Shown one piece after another: positions 19,737 through 29,585 of a stretch of 64,000 nucleotides of DNA. The notes under the pieces were generated by a model. It searched no databases, had not been told where the DNA came from, and saw only the letters and a program-made list of their open reading frames with translations. The stretch comes from an uncultured Phycisphaerales bacterium (GTDB taxonomy: Bacteria > Planctomycetota > Phycisphaerae > Phycisphaerales > SM1A02): contig CALKEP010000004.1 of assembly GCA_938084645.1 (NCBI GenBank), positions 1 to 64,000 on the forward strand, written 5' to 3'. Position 1 is the stretch's first letter. Each line of letters opens with the position of its first letter. Made by a program: the position numbers and the translations under genes.

Positions 19737-20561
19737 TCACTCCGAGCCGACGTCCTCGACCGTCGCCGCTCGACCGGAGACCACGTCGTCGATCGCGAGC
19801 AGTTCGCGACCTTCCGTGGCGAGGATCACGACGCCCATCACCAGGAGGAAGACCGCGAAGACCTGCTTCAATCGACGCTGCGGGATCCGCCCGCCGATCG
19901 CATTGCCCGCGAAACTCCCCACGCCTCCCAGCAGGACGAAGATGCCGATCGTCTGCAGATTGAGCGCGTCCGCCTCCATCTGCCCGATCGACTGCGCGAA
20001 TCCCGCCCCGCTCTTGATCGCGATGATCAACAGGCTCGTCCCCACCGCGAGCCGCATGGGCAGTCGTCCCAGAAGCACCAGGGCCGGCACGATCAGGAAT
20101 CCACCACCGACGCCGACGATCCCGGTGAGCGCGCCGACCAGAAGCCCTTCGACGACCAGGATCACATGATCGCGACGGGTTCGATCGGTCGGTGCATCCT
20201 CGGCATCGCCCCCTCGCCGTCCGCGGAGCATCGTGGCCGCGGCGATCAGCATCACGACGCCGAAGACCACCAGCTGGACGATCCCGCTGATCCACTGGGA
20301 GCACCAGACGCCGGCGACGGTGCCGAGCACGCCCGGAATGCCGAAGAGCACGAGGCTCGTCCAATCGACGTCGCGCTTGAGCATCGGTCGGATCGAAGCG
20401 ACCAGGGCGATGCCGCCCACGATGGCGAGGCTCTCCGCGATCGCCGCCTTCGGCTCGTGATCGAGCAGGTAGACGAGGAGCGGCACCGTGAGGATCGAGC
20501 CGCCCGATCCGAGCAGCCCCAGGCAGAGCCCGATCACGAGTCCACCCACGACCGCGATCAC
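19737..20561 (-). CDS. TauE/SafE family sulfite exporter
   Basis: [13 protein letters not shown] and [16 protein letters not shown] repeats, AVGTSL, multiple TM helices. Confidence 0.9.
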   Translation of the reverse strand: MIAVVGGLVIGLCLGLLGSGGSILTVPLLVYLLDHEPKAAIAESLAIVGGIALVASIRPMLKRDVDWTSLVLFGIPGVLGTVAGVWCSQWISGIVQLVVFGVVMLIAAATMLRGRRGGDAEDAPTDRTRRDHVILVVEGLLVGALTGIVGVGGGFLIVPALVLLGRLPMRLAVGTSLLIIAIKSGAGFAQSIGQMEADALNLQTIGIFVLLGGVGSFAGNAIGGRIPQRRLKQVFAVFLLVMGVVILATEGRELLAIDDVVSGRAATVEDVGSE

Positions 20562-20613
20562 GCCCGCACTCCGCGTTCATCGAGCGGACCGCCGCTCGCG
20601 CGGACCGAGACGA

Positions 20614-22038
20614 TCAACCGCACGTGACGCCTCCGCAACCGGCCTTCCGCATCGCGGCCCAGCCGCCGGCGACGTTCACGGCGTCGACGCCGCGTCGTCG
20701 AAGTTCGGAAACCGCCATCGCACTGCGGACGCCGCCCGCGCAGTGGACGTAGAGCGTCTCGTCCGCGGGAACCTCGGCGAGTCGCGGGATCAGCCGGGTA
20801 TGGGCGACGTTGATCGCGTTCTCGAGATGACCGTCGTTCCACTCCACGATGCGCCGGACGTCGAGCACCCGGGGCGGAGTTTCGTCCTCGAGCAGCCCGC
20901 GGAACGTCGCGGCGTCGATCTCGGGCGCGACATCGAGTCCGCCGCCCGCCTCCCGGTACGCCTCGAGCGTGTCGGGGGTCGCGACCCACGCCACGTCGTC
21001 GAGACCGATCCGCACCAGATCGCGCACCAGCCGGTCGAACTCCGTGGCGGGTGCGACGAGCCCGATGCGTTCACCCGGCTCGACGTACGACCCCACGGTC
21101 ATGAGGAAATTGATGCCCAGCTTCGTCCAGATCGCGCCGGGGAGATGACCTTCGCGGAAGTTCGTCCAGTCCCGGACGTCGACGATGCGGATGCCGTCGA
21201 GTCGACCGGCGAGATCCCCCGCGGTGGCGGTCTCGGGATCCGGCATGGACTCGAGCACGGGCACCCCGTCACGATTCCAAGCCTTCATGCGGGCGAAGTA
21301 GGCGGGTGGCTCCGGCTGACCCGCGAGGATGTGGTCGACGAACGCCTGCTCGTCCCCGGCGAGCGAGAGCGCGTGGTTGAACCGGCGCTCGTAGCCGACC
21401 GTCGACTGCGGCACCGCACCGAGCGCCTTGCCGCAGGCGCTGCCGGAGCCATGGGCGGGCCAGACCTGGAGATGGTCGTCGAATCGAAGGAAACCGCGGG
21501 CGCTGGCCGCGAGGGTCCGCGCCGAGGGCTCCATCATTCCGTCCATCCCCGCGGCGGACTCGAGCAGATCGGGCCGGCCGAGGTCGCCCACGAAGACGAA
21601 GTCGCCCGTGACCACGCCCATCGGCGTGTCCGCACCGCCACCGAGATCGGTCACCAGGAACGAAAGGTGTTCGGGCGTGTGCCCCGGCGAATGGACCGCG
21701 GTGAACCGGATGTTGCCGACCTCGAACGTGTCCCCGTCCCGAAGGACGCGGTGATCGCATCCCTCGACCCATGCGGACTGCCAGTCGGCGCCCCCTTCTC
21801 CCGACACGTAGGCCCTCGCACCCGCCTTCATGGCGAACTGTCGCACGCCGGACAGGAAGTCGGCGTGGATGTGCGTCTCCGCGGCGGCGACGATTCGAAG
21901 TCCCTGCGACGCGGCGAGATCGAGGTACCGATCGATGTCGCGCTCGGGATCGAAGACGATCGCCTCCCCGGTGCGCTGGCACCCGATGAGGTACGAAGCC
22001 TGAGCGAGATCGTCGTCGTAGATGAGCCTGAAGAGCAT
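20614..22038 (-). CDS. MBL-fold persulfide dioxygenase fused to two rhodanese domains (CstB/Blh-like)
   Basis: ETHIHADF, SPGHTPEH, GDFVFVGDLGRPDL, PAHGSGSACG; C-terminal rhodanese with CAGGVRS. Confidence 0.9.
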   Translation of the reverse strand: MLFRLIYDDDLAQASYLIGCQRTGEAIVFDPERDIDRYLDLAASQGLRIVAAAETHIHADFLSGVRQFAMKAGARAYVSGEGGADWQSAWVEGCDHRVLRDGDTFEVGNIRFTAVHSPGHTPEHLSFLVTDLGGGADTPMGVVTGDFVFVGDLGRPDLLESAAGMDGMMEPSARTLAASARGFLRFDDHLQVWPAHGSGSACGKALGAVPQSTVGYERRFNHALSLAGDEQAFVDHILAGQPEPPAYFARMKAWNRDGVPVLESMPDPETATAGDLAGRLDGIRIVDVRDWTNFREGHLPGAIWTKLGINFLMTVGSYVEPGERIGLVAPATEFDRLVRDLVRIGLDDVAWVATPDTLEAYREAGGGLDVAPEIDAATFRGLLEDETPPRVLDVRRIVEWNDGHLENAINVAHTRLIPRLAEVPADETLYVHCAGGVRSAMAVSELRRRGVDAVNVAGGWAAMRKAGCGGVTCG

Positions 22039-22138
22039 GGGTCGTTTTCCGATTCGTGGCGGCGCGGAACTTCGAGCACGGTACCGGACCGCGGTCGAGG
22101 TTGGTGCCCGATTCGCGGGTCGAGGTTCCCGCCTCGCC

Positions 22139-23128
22139 TCAATCGCCGTGATTCGAGCCGATCAGCTCCGCCATGATGGAGACCGCGATCTCCTCCGGCG
22201 TCACGCCGCCGATGTCGAGGCCGATCGGCGATTTGATCCTTCCGATCTCGGACGGGGTCCAGCCCGCGACTTCGAGCGCGTCCAGCACCGTGGCGACCCG
22301 TCGTCGACTTCCCATCATGCCGACGCGTCCGGTCCGCCGGTGGCGAAGGGCTTCGAGGGCCGCGACGTCCTGGGCGAAGTTGCGGGTCACGAGGGCCACG
22401 TCCGGACGCACCGGATCGGGAAGTCGCGACCAGGCCTCCGGGATCGACGTCGCGGCCTCGATCACCGGCTCGACCTGCGACCGAAAGGCCGGATCGCCGA
22501 GCCGATCGTCGACCACGATCATCCGGCGGCCGACGAAGCGGCCGAGTCGCTCGAGCGCGAGTCCGCAGTGGCCGGCACCCACCACCACCACCACCGGCCG
22601 ACCGGGGATCCGGATCGCGTCCGCGGCGTCGTCGTCATCGTTGGCGATCCGCCATGCCGCGCCACCCGACGTGGCCCGACCCGTCGCCTGCAGACGGACG
22701 TCGACGCCGGACGCGATCCGCATCGCCGCCCGGGCGAACACGGCGCGGGCCGACGCATCGACCACATCGACGGCGATTCGCATGCGACCACCGCAGACGC
22801 CGTCCCGAACTTCACCGGGATGCCCTGCGAGATCGATCTCGACCTCGGCGGATCGTTCGTCCGCGAGCGCCGCTCGACAGGCGACGAGGGTCTTCGCCTC
22901 GGCCGCGCCGCCGCCGACCGTCCCGACGGCGAGGTCACCCGCGACCAGCAGCATCGCCCCCCGGACCTGCGGTACCGAACCACGCGCTTCGAGCACCGTG
23001 GCAAGCACCGCGGGCCCGTCGACGGTCGCCGCGAGCTCCAATACCGTCGCCACGTCGACGCCGCTCCCCGGCCGAGGGGCCGGCGGCGTCCCCGGGCCGG
23101 TTCGATCATGTTCAACCGCATCACGCAT
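22139..23128 (-). CDS. XdhC/CoxI family molybdenum-enzyme accessory protein
   Basis: GSVPQVRGA, GTVGGG, CGGRM, VGAGH, VGMMGSRRR, SPIGLDIGGVTPEEIAVSIMAELI. Confidence 0.9.
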   Translation of the reverse strand: MRDAVEHDRTGPGTPPAPRPGSGVDVATVLELAATVDGPAVLATVLEARGSVPQVRGAMLLVAGDLAVGTVGGGAAEAKTLVACRAALADERSAEVEIDLAGHPGEVRDGVCGGRMRIAVDVVDASARAVFARAAMRIASGVDVRLQATGRATSGGAAWRIANDDDDAADAIRIPGRPVVVVVGAGHCGLALERLGRFVGRRMIVVDDRLGDPAFRSQVEPVIEAATSIPEAWSRLPDPVRPDVALVTRNFAQDVAALEALRHRRTGRVGMMGSRRRVATVLDALEVAGWTPSEIGRIKSPIGLDIGGVTPEEIAVSIMAELIGSNHGD

Positions 23129-23222
23129 CCTCGAATTCTACGAGATCCCCGCGACGCCCCCTGCATCCGCCCTCGATCGTGATCCGCTTGACACGGCGCC
23201 GACGTCCGCGATCCTCGGACCC

Positions 23223-24680
23223 ATGACCAGACGACGATGGCCACGCGTCCTCCTCCCGATCCTCCTGTTCTGCGGGACCACGTCCGCGGATCCACCCGCG
23301 ACGGTGACGGCGCGACGACCGAACGTCGTCCTCATCGTCGCCGACGACCACCGAGCGGATCACCTCGGTTGCGCCGGCCGTACCGGCATCCGGACCACCG
23401 CGATCGACGCGCTGGCGGCTCGAGGCGTCCGATTCGATCACGCCTACTGCCAGGGTTCGACCTCCCCCGCGGTCTGCCTCCCGAGTCGTGCCCGCATGAT
23501 CTCGGGCCGCAGCGACTGGACGACGCCCGATTGGGGGACCGCCCTTCGCCGGTCGGACTTCCCGCTGTGGCCGGAAGTCCTTCGCGAGGCGGGTTGGCGG
23601 ACCCACCACGTCGGCAAGTGGCACGGCGGGCGTCCCTGGTTCGACCGCTGCTTCGAAGGCGGATCGAGCGTGCTCTTCGGGGGCATGGGGAGTCACACCA
23701 CGCTGTCCGTGGTCGATGTCGCACCGAACCGCAAGGACGTGCGACGCCGACTCGAGGCCTACAGCAGCGACGAGTTCGCCGACCGCGCCGCGGGCTTCAT
23801 CGATGCGTGCGCGACCGACGACGACGATCGCCCGTTCGTGCTGTCCCTGTCCTTCACCGCGCCGCATGATCCACGAACCCCACCGGACGACGACGAGACG
23901 GTCCGCGCCCGGGCCGACTCGGTCGAACTCCCACCGAACGTCCTTCCGGTCCACCCCTTCGACAACGGGGAGATGACGATCCGGGACGAGGAATTGGTCG
24001 CGTGGCCGCGTGAGCCCGCGGCCCTGCGCGAGGAGATCGCTCGCTACGACCTGATGATCGAGAACATGGATCGTGGCATCGGTCGCGTGCTCGCGACCCT
24101 CGACCGTCACGGCCTCACCGAGGACACGCTGGTGGTGTTCGCGGGCGACCACGGACTCGCCCTCGGAAGCCACGGTCTGCTCGGCAAGCAGAATCTCTAC
24201 GAGCACTCGATGCGTTCGCCCCTGGTGATCGCCGGTCCCGGATTCCCCGAGGGTGAGACCCGCGACGACTTCGCCTACCTCCACGATCTTCCGCCCACGA
24301 TCCTCGCCGGGGCGGGCGTGGAGATCCCGGAGACGATGGACGGGCTCGACCTCCACCACGCGACGAGTCGATCCGGGGTGCTCACCCGGTACCGCGATCT
24401 CCAGCGAGCGTGGCGGGACGATCGGTGGAAGGTGATCTGGTACCCGCGGATCGATCGCTGGCAGGTGTTCGATCTCGCCGCGGATCCGGACGAACAGGTC
24501 GATCTCGCCCGCGACCCGGCCCACGCGGCGCGGGTTGCCGCGATGCGACGGGCACTGGAGCAAGCCCGTGCCGAGCACGGCGACGATGCGGCGCTGCTCA
24601 CGGACCGGATCGAGCCGGAGACGTTCGACGCGGACGCCGCCGAAGCGGCGCGACGTCGGAAGGATCACTGGAGGCGATGA
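23223..24680 (+). CDS. Formylglycine-dependent sulfatase (S1), probably exported, ~485 aa
   Basis: RPNVVLIVADD, CLPSR (CxPxR), GKWH, APHDP, GDHG, GKQNLYE. ATG 23223 followed by a signal-like segment. Confidence 0.92.
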   Translation: MTRRRWPRVLLPILLFCGTTSADPPATVTARRPNVVLIVADDHRADHLGCAGRTGIRTTAIDALAARGVRFDHAYCQGSTSPAVCLPSRARMISGRSDWTTPDWGTALRRSDFPLWPEVLREAGWRTHHVGKWHGGRPWFDRCFEGGSSVLFGGMGSHTTLSVVDVAPNRKDVRRRLEAYSSDEFADRAAGFIDACATDDDDRPFVLSLSFTAPHDPRTPPDDDETVRARADSVELPPNVLPVHPFDNGEMTIRDEELVAWPREPAALREEIARYDLMIENMDRGIGRVLATLDRHGLTEDTLVVFAGDHGLALGSHGLLGKQNLYEHSMRSPLVIAGPGFPEGETRDDFAYLHDLPPTILAGAGVEIPETMDGLDLHHATSRSGVLTRYRDLQRAWRDDRWKVIWYPRIDRWQVFDLAADPDEQVDLARDPAHAARVAAMRRALEQARAEHGDDAALLTDRIEPETFDADAAEAARRRKDHWRR

Positions 24681-24727
24681 GCATGAGCGTGGAGGTCACG
24701 CACCCCATCCCTGATACGATTCTCCTC

Positions 24728-24813
24728 GGACCCGTGGCGGAATCGGCAGACGCAGCGGCCTTAAAAGCCGCGGCCGCGCAAGCGGCGTGAGGGTTCGAGC
24801 CCCTCCGGGTCCA
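24728..24813 (+). tRNA. tRNA-Leu, anticodon UAA
   Basis: Acceptor GGACCCG/CGGGTCC + A; D-arm GTGGCGGAATCGGCAGACGC; anticodon arm GCGGC-CTTAAAA-GCCGC; long variable arm; T-arm GAGGGTTCGAGCCCCTC. CCA is not encoded. TACGAT -10 box upstream. Confidence 0.95.
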
Positions 24814-24838
24814 TTGCCTGCATGCTCCAATCCCACCC

Positions 24839-26143
24839 ATGCGCCCCCTCGCCCTCTCAGAACATCGCGTGATCCGACTGGTGGTGCTCTGCGCGTTGTA
24901 CGTCGCGCAGGGCGTGCCCTTCGGGTTCCTCACCGTCACCCTCGCGGCCGCGATGGCGGCGAACGGCGCGGAGACGGAGGCGATCGCCTCGGTGTTCGCC
25001 CTCGGCACCATTCCGTGGGCCTTCAAGTGGGTGTGGGGTCCGTTCGTCGATCGCTTCGGGAATTCACGCTGGGGTCGACGGCGGCCCTGGATCCTCGTCG
25101 CCCAGGCGGGCATGATCGGGACGCTGGTCGCGATGGCGATGATGCCGGACCCGGTCGGGGACCTGACCACGCTCGGCACGCTGGTCGTCCTGCACAACAT
25201 CTTCAACAGCCTGCAGGACGTCTGCGTCGACGCGATGGCGATCGACCTGCTTCCGCCCGAGGATCGCGGCAAGGCGAGCGGTCTGATGTACGGCGCCAAG
25301 TACGGCGGCACCGCGATCGGCGGCGGCGGCCTCTCGATTCTTGCCGGACTCGGCGGCATGCCGATCGCCTACGTCGGCATGATCGCGGTGATCGGCGGCA
25401 TCGCCCTGCTTCCGCTGCTCACGATCGAGAAGCCCGGCGACCTGCTGTTCCCCTGGTCGAAGCCGACCCCGACTGCGCCGGCCGCGGGCCACGAGGTGAC
25501 CGCCGATGTCGACGCCCGACCGCGATCGACCATGGCGCTGCTCAAGGATCTCGGCGGGGCGTTCACCGTGCCGGCCGCCATCGTCACCGCGGTGGTCGCC
25601 TTGCTCGCGACGGCAGCCAGCGGGCTGCTGAGCCCGATCGCCACGAACCTCTTCGTCGGAGACCTCGGCTGGTCACAGGAGGAATACGGAGCCGCGACCG
25701 GTGGAGCGGCCGTCCTGGCGGGCCTGGGCGGCGCGGTGCTCGGTGGATTTCTCGCGGATCTGATCGGTCCGCGCCGGATCTTCGCCACCTGCAGCCTGAT
25801 CCTGGCCGCCCTCTTCGCAGTCTTCGGTCTCGGGGACGTCTTCTGGGAGAACCGGACCCTCGTCTGGACCTACCTCATCTTCGAATCGGCCCTCGCCGGC
25901 TGCCTCAACGCGGCGTTCTTCGCGATCTGCTTCGGTGTCTGCCGCCCGTCGATCGCCGCCACCCAGTTCACCGCCTACATGGCGCTGATGAACCTGGGCG
26001 TCAGCGGGGTCTACATGTTGAGCGGGCCGCTGGAGACGTCGATGGGCGTTCAGGGCACCTATCTGATCGGGGCCGCGATGCAGTTCAGCGTGGTCCTTCT
26101 GGTTCCATTCACCCTTGTTCTGCGTCGAAAAACCGCGATCTGA
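24839..26143 (+). CDS. MFS transporter, AmpG/PAT family
   Basis: LYVAQGVPFG, PWAFKWVWGPFVD, GRRRPW, QDVCVDA, ATQFTAYMALMN. Confidence 0.88.
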   Translation: MRPLALSEHRVIRLVVLCALYVAQGVPFGFLTVTLAAAMAANGAETEAIASVFALGTIPWAFKWVWGPFVDRFGNSRWGRRRPWILVAQAGMIGTLVAMAMMPDPVGDLTTLGTLVVLHNIFNSLQDVCVDAMAIDLLPPEDRGKASGLMYGAKYGGTAIGGGGLSILAGLGGMPIAYVGMIAVIGGIALLPLLTIEKPGDLLFPWSKPTPTAPAAGHEVTADVDARPRSTMALLKDLGGAFTVPAAIVTAVVALLATAASGLLSPIATNLFVGDLGWSQEEYGAATGGAAVLAGLGGAVLGGFLADLIGPRRIFATCSLILAALFAVFGLGDVFWENRTLVWTYLIFESALAGCLNAAFFAICFGVCRPSIAATQFTAYMALMNLGVSGVYMLSGPLETSMGVQGTYLIGAAMQFSVVLLVPFTLVLRRKTAI

Positions 26144-26199
26144 TCACGTAAACGAACGCTTCCGGTCCGGACGACGTTGAGTCACTACACTGGTACTTC

Positions 26200-26388
26200 C
26201 GGCTCGGCGTCCCCTGAGCTGGTTCGAGGTGACTGCTACTGAGCGTTCGCGCCCCGCGCGGATCCGTGTGAAGGCGGTCACCGATACATCCGAGTTGCCC
26301 GCCTTCGATCCAGAAGGCCCCGATCCCAGGGTGACACCACGACCCCGTGGCCGGGAGCATCGCTCCCCACCGCCACCGAGCCGAGGAG
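26200..26388 (+). promoter_or_regulatory. Candidate structured leader RNA upstream of the KamA-like gene
   Basis: TACACT -10 box at about 26186. Enclosing stem 26200-26207/26376-26383 abuts the AGGAG SD. Several inner stems, some mutually exclusive. Confidence 0.4.
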
Positions 26389-26399
26389 ATCGCACCGCC

Positions 26400-27800
26400 A
26401 TGATCCGTGAACAGAGAAACGACGCCACCCTCGACCTGATCGACTTCGATCAGCCCCAGCGGTTCAAGGCGATCACCAGATCCAACGTCGCCTCGACGCC
26501 GGAATGGGAAGGACTCGACCCCGATCTTCGTGCGGGCATCGAAGTGGTCTCGGCGGTGCTGCCCTTCCGCACCAACCAGTACGTGATGGAGGAGTTGATC
26601 GACTGGAACGCGGTTCCCGACGACCCGATCTTCCGGCTCACCTTCCCCCACAAGGACATGCTCTCCGACGCGCAGTTCGAGCGGATCCGCGCCCTGCAGG
26701 CGTCCGATCAGAAGGCCGAACTCGACGCCGCCGTCCGCGAGATCCAGCTCGAGCTCAACCCGCACCCCGCGGGCCAGATGACGCACAACGTGCCCACCGT
26801 GGCCGGCGAGCCGGTCCCCGGCATCCAGCACAAGTACGACCAGACCACCCTCTTCTTCCCCACCCACGGCCAGACCTGCCACGCGTACTGCACTTTCTGC
26901 TTCCGCTGGGCGCAGTTCGTCGGCCTCGACGACATGAAGTTCGCGAACAAGGACGTCGACCAGCTCGCGGGCTACCTTGCGGAACATCCCGAGATCACCG
27001 ACGTGCTCTTCACCGGCGGTGATCCGATGGTGATGAAGTCGAAGATCTTCGCGCGATACATCGATCGGATCCTCGAGGACCCGGAGCTCGCGCACATCCA
27101 GACCATTCGAATCGGCACGAAGAGCGTCGCCTACTGGCCGCAGCGCTATGTGACGGACGCGGACGCCCCCGAGCTGCTCGACATCTTCCGTAGGATCATC
27201 GCGAGCGGACGAACCGTCGCGATCATGGGGCACTATTCGCATCCCGTCGAACTCTCGACGCCGATCGCCCAGGAAGCGGTCCGACGGATCCGCGAGACCG
27301 GCGCGAACATCCGCATGCAGAGCCCGCTCATCCGCCACGTCAACGACGATCCGGACGTGTGGACCGAGATGTGGAACACCGGCGTCCGACTGGGAATGGT
27401 CCCGTACTACTTCTTCGTCGAGCGTGACACCGGAGCCCGTGGGTACTTCGAGACGCCGCTGGACAAGTGCCACGAGATCTTCGTCGAGGCGTATTCGAAG
27501 GTCAGCGGCATCGCCCGGACCGTCCGTGGTCCCTCGATGTCGGCGTTCCCGGGGAAGGTCCACATCCTCGGCGTGCGCGATGTCGGCGGCCAGAAGGCCT
27601 TCGTCCTCGAATACCTGCAGTGCCGTCGCGGCGAGCTGGTGCGCCAGCCGTTCTTCGCGAAGTACGACCCCGAGGCGACCTGGTTCGACACCCTCGAACC
27701 GCTGACCGACGCCGACGCGCCGTTCTTCCCCGGCAACTGGCCGGACGCCGCGGACGAGACGCCGGGAACCGTGCCGCTCACCGTGAGCTCCGCATCCTGA
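26400..27800 (+). CDS. KamA-family radical SAM aminomutase-like protein, ~466 aa
   Basis: LPFRTNQY, HKY, CHAYCTFCFRW (CxxxCxxC), DVLFTGGDPM, IRIGTK, PGKV (candidate PLP lysine). GAGGAG SD before ATG 26400. Confidence 0.88.
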   Translation: MIREQRNDATLDLIDFDQPQRFKAITRSNVASTPEWEGLDPDLRAGIEVVSAVLPFRTNQYVMEELIDWNAVPDDPIFRLTFPHKDMLSDAQFERIRALQASDQKAELDAAVREIQLELNPHPAGQMTHNVPTVAGEPVPGIQHKYDQTTLFFPTHGQTCHAYCTFCFRWAQFVGLDDMKFANKDVDQLAGYLAEHPEITDVLFTGGDPMVMKSKIFARYIDRILEDPELAHIQTIRIGTKSVAYWPQRYVTDADAPELLDIFRRIIASGRTVAIMGHYSHPVELSTPIAQEAVRRIRETGANIRMQSPLIRHVNDDPDVWTEMWNTGVRLGMVPYYFFVERDTGARGYFETPLDKCHEIFVEAYSKVSGIARTVRGPSMSAFPGKVHILGVRDVGGQKAFVLEYLQCRRGELVRQPFFAKYDPEATWFDTLEPLTDADAPFFPGNWPDAADETPGTVPLTVSSAS

Positions 27801-27939
27801 AGCGACGCTTCGCATGAGTCACCAGAAACACCACGCCCCTCGCCTCGTCGGACCTCCGGCGAGCGCGAGCGAGCGCAGGGTGTATGCAGCGCGGGCGTGC
27901 CCGTGACGCCCTCCCCGACTCCAGGGAAGATCGGCCTGT

Positions 27940-29550
27940 TCAGGGCGATGCGGGGGCCAGGGTCCGTTCGTAGAACCCCTCGAGATCGCGATCGAGCTTC
28001 AATCGACTCGGGTCGTGCACGTACATCATGTGCCCGGCCGGGTAGTAGGCGCGTTCGATGCGGTCCCGGTCGTCCGGTTCGAGCTCGAGGTGATCGAAGA
28101 CCCAGTCCGCCGCGAAGGGCGGCGTGGCCATGTCGTACCAGCCACCGGCGTGGAAGACGCGGAGTCCGGGATTCCGCACCATCGCACTGCGGAGGTTCGA
28201 CGCGACGTCGACGTAGCGATTCTCCCAGCGGGAGTAGTCCCAGGGTCGCACGCGTCCGGTGAGGATCTCGTACGGAAGATCGCTCTTGAAGTCCAGTTCG
28301 CGACGTACGTAGTCGTTCAACGTCGCGGTGTAGGGCCCGCGAATCGCCTCCATGCTCGGATCGAACTCGGGCGACTGGCCGGCGGCCCGGGCGTCACGAC
28401 CGACGAATCGCGAATCGAGACGGCCCACCGTCTTGCGCTCCGACCGCAGCAGCTCCTTCTGGAAAGGTCCGCCCCAGATGCGGAGATCCCATTCCTCGAG
28501 GAATGCCGGTTCGAGACCGGTCAGGCGCGAGAGCCCGGCGACCACCACCGCCCGCTCGTCGGCGGGCAGCTTGTTTCCGGCCGCGAGGGCGGGCATGTAC
28601 CGCTCCATCGCGAATCCCTCCGCCGCCTCCACCACGGATTCGACGGTGGGAAAACGTTCGCGATCGACCCGGCCGTGGTACCAGCCGGTCGCGGCGTAGG
28701 TCGGGAGGTAGAGCACGTCGGGCAGGATGTTCGATCGGTTGAAGCGGACGGTCCCGAAGTCGAGCACGCTCGAGACGAGGACGACTCCGTTGAGGAACAT
28801 GCCGTGTCGCGATTGCAGCTCGCTCGCGAGCCAGGCGGCGCGGGTCGTGCCGTAGCTCTCGCCCGCGATGAACTTCGGCGAGTTCCATCGACCATTGCGA
28901 GTGGTCCAGAGTCGGATGAACTCCGCGACCGCCCGGCCGTCGCGTTCGAGTCCGTGGTACAGCCCGTCGTCCACGCCGTCCTCGGCCCGGCTGTAGCCGG
29001 TGGTGACCGGATCGATGAACACGAGGTCCGTCAGGTCCAGGAGCGTGGTGTCGTTGTCGACCAGGTTCCAGGGCGGCGGGGTCAGGCCGCCGGCGTCGCC
29101 CATCGCAACCCGGCGCGGACCCCACGCCCCGAGATGCAGCCAGACCGAACTCGAGCCGGGGCCGCCGTTGAAGCAGAAGGTCACCGGTCGCGTCGCAGGA
29201 TCGGGCAGCGTCCACGAAGCGGTCGCATCGGAGGATCCTTCGCCCTTCGTCCCCGGTTCGAGGCGTTCGTAGGAGACGAAGAAGATCCGAGCCCGAACCT
29301 CGCCGTCGGACTCATTGAAGAGCGGGAGCGTCCCCGCGGTCGCCCGATATCGCAGCGACTCGCCGTCGACCTCGATCTCGTGCTCGGTGATGCTGTCGAC
29401 GTCCGGGAGCAGCACCGGCGGGCCGGATTCGGCCTCCACCGATTCCTCGACCACGACCTCGGGGTCCACCTCGGCATCCTGAGCCGCGACGAGGTTCATT
29501 CCGGTCGACAGCGACGCGAGCGTCGCTACGAAGATGGGCGTTGCGTTCAT
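27940..29550 (-). CDS. Serine carboxypeptidase, family S10, exported
   Basis: FNGGPGSSS, FIDPVTTGYS, GESYG (catalytic Ser), YDMATP, GHMMY. Confidence 0.92.
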   Translation of the reverse strand: MNATPIFVATLASLSTGMNLVAAQDAEVDPEVVVEESVEAESGPPVLLPDVDSITEHEIEVDGESLRYRATAGTLPLFNESDGEVRARIFFVSYERLEPGTKGEGSSDATASWTLPDPATRPVTFCFNGGPGSSSVWLHLGAWGPRRVAMGDAGGLTPPPWNLVDNDTTLLDLTDLVFIDPVTTGYSRAEDGVDDGLYHGLERDGRAVAEFIRLWTTRNGRWNSPKFIAGESYGTTRAAWLASELQSRHGMFLNGVVLVSSVLDFGTVRFNRSNILPDVLYLPTYAATGWYHGRVDRERFPTVESVVEAAEGFAMERYMPALAAGNKLPADERAVVVAGLSRLTGLEPAFLEEWDLRIWGGPFQKELLRSERKTVGRLDSRFVGRDARAAGQSPEFDPSMEAIRGPYTATLNDYVRRELDFKSDLPYEILTGRVRPWDYSRWENRYVDVASNLRSAMVRNPGLRVFHAGGWYDMATPPFAADWVFDHLELEPDDRDRIERAYYPAGHMMYVHDPSRLKLDRDLEGFYERTLAPASP

Positions 29551-29585
29551 CGCTGGATGGTAGCAGTCCGTGCCGGATCCTCGAA

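Noticed and set aside
22173..23222. N-terminal extension of the 835-aa sulfatase ORF
   Set aside because: It overlaps xdhC on the opposite strand; the real start is ATG 23223.
26200..26388. Canonical lysine, SAM-I or TPP riboswitch
   Set aside because: Only short fragments resemble the consensus; kept as an unknown structured leader.
24728..27800. tRNA-Leu as an integration site for an island
   Set aside because: No integrase, no duplicated tRNA 3' end seen, and no obvious compositional shift.
27830..27900. REP-like element (CGAGCGCGAGCGAGCG) between convergent genes
   Set aside because: Single copy in the window with no clear palindromic partner.
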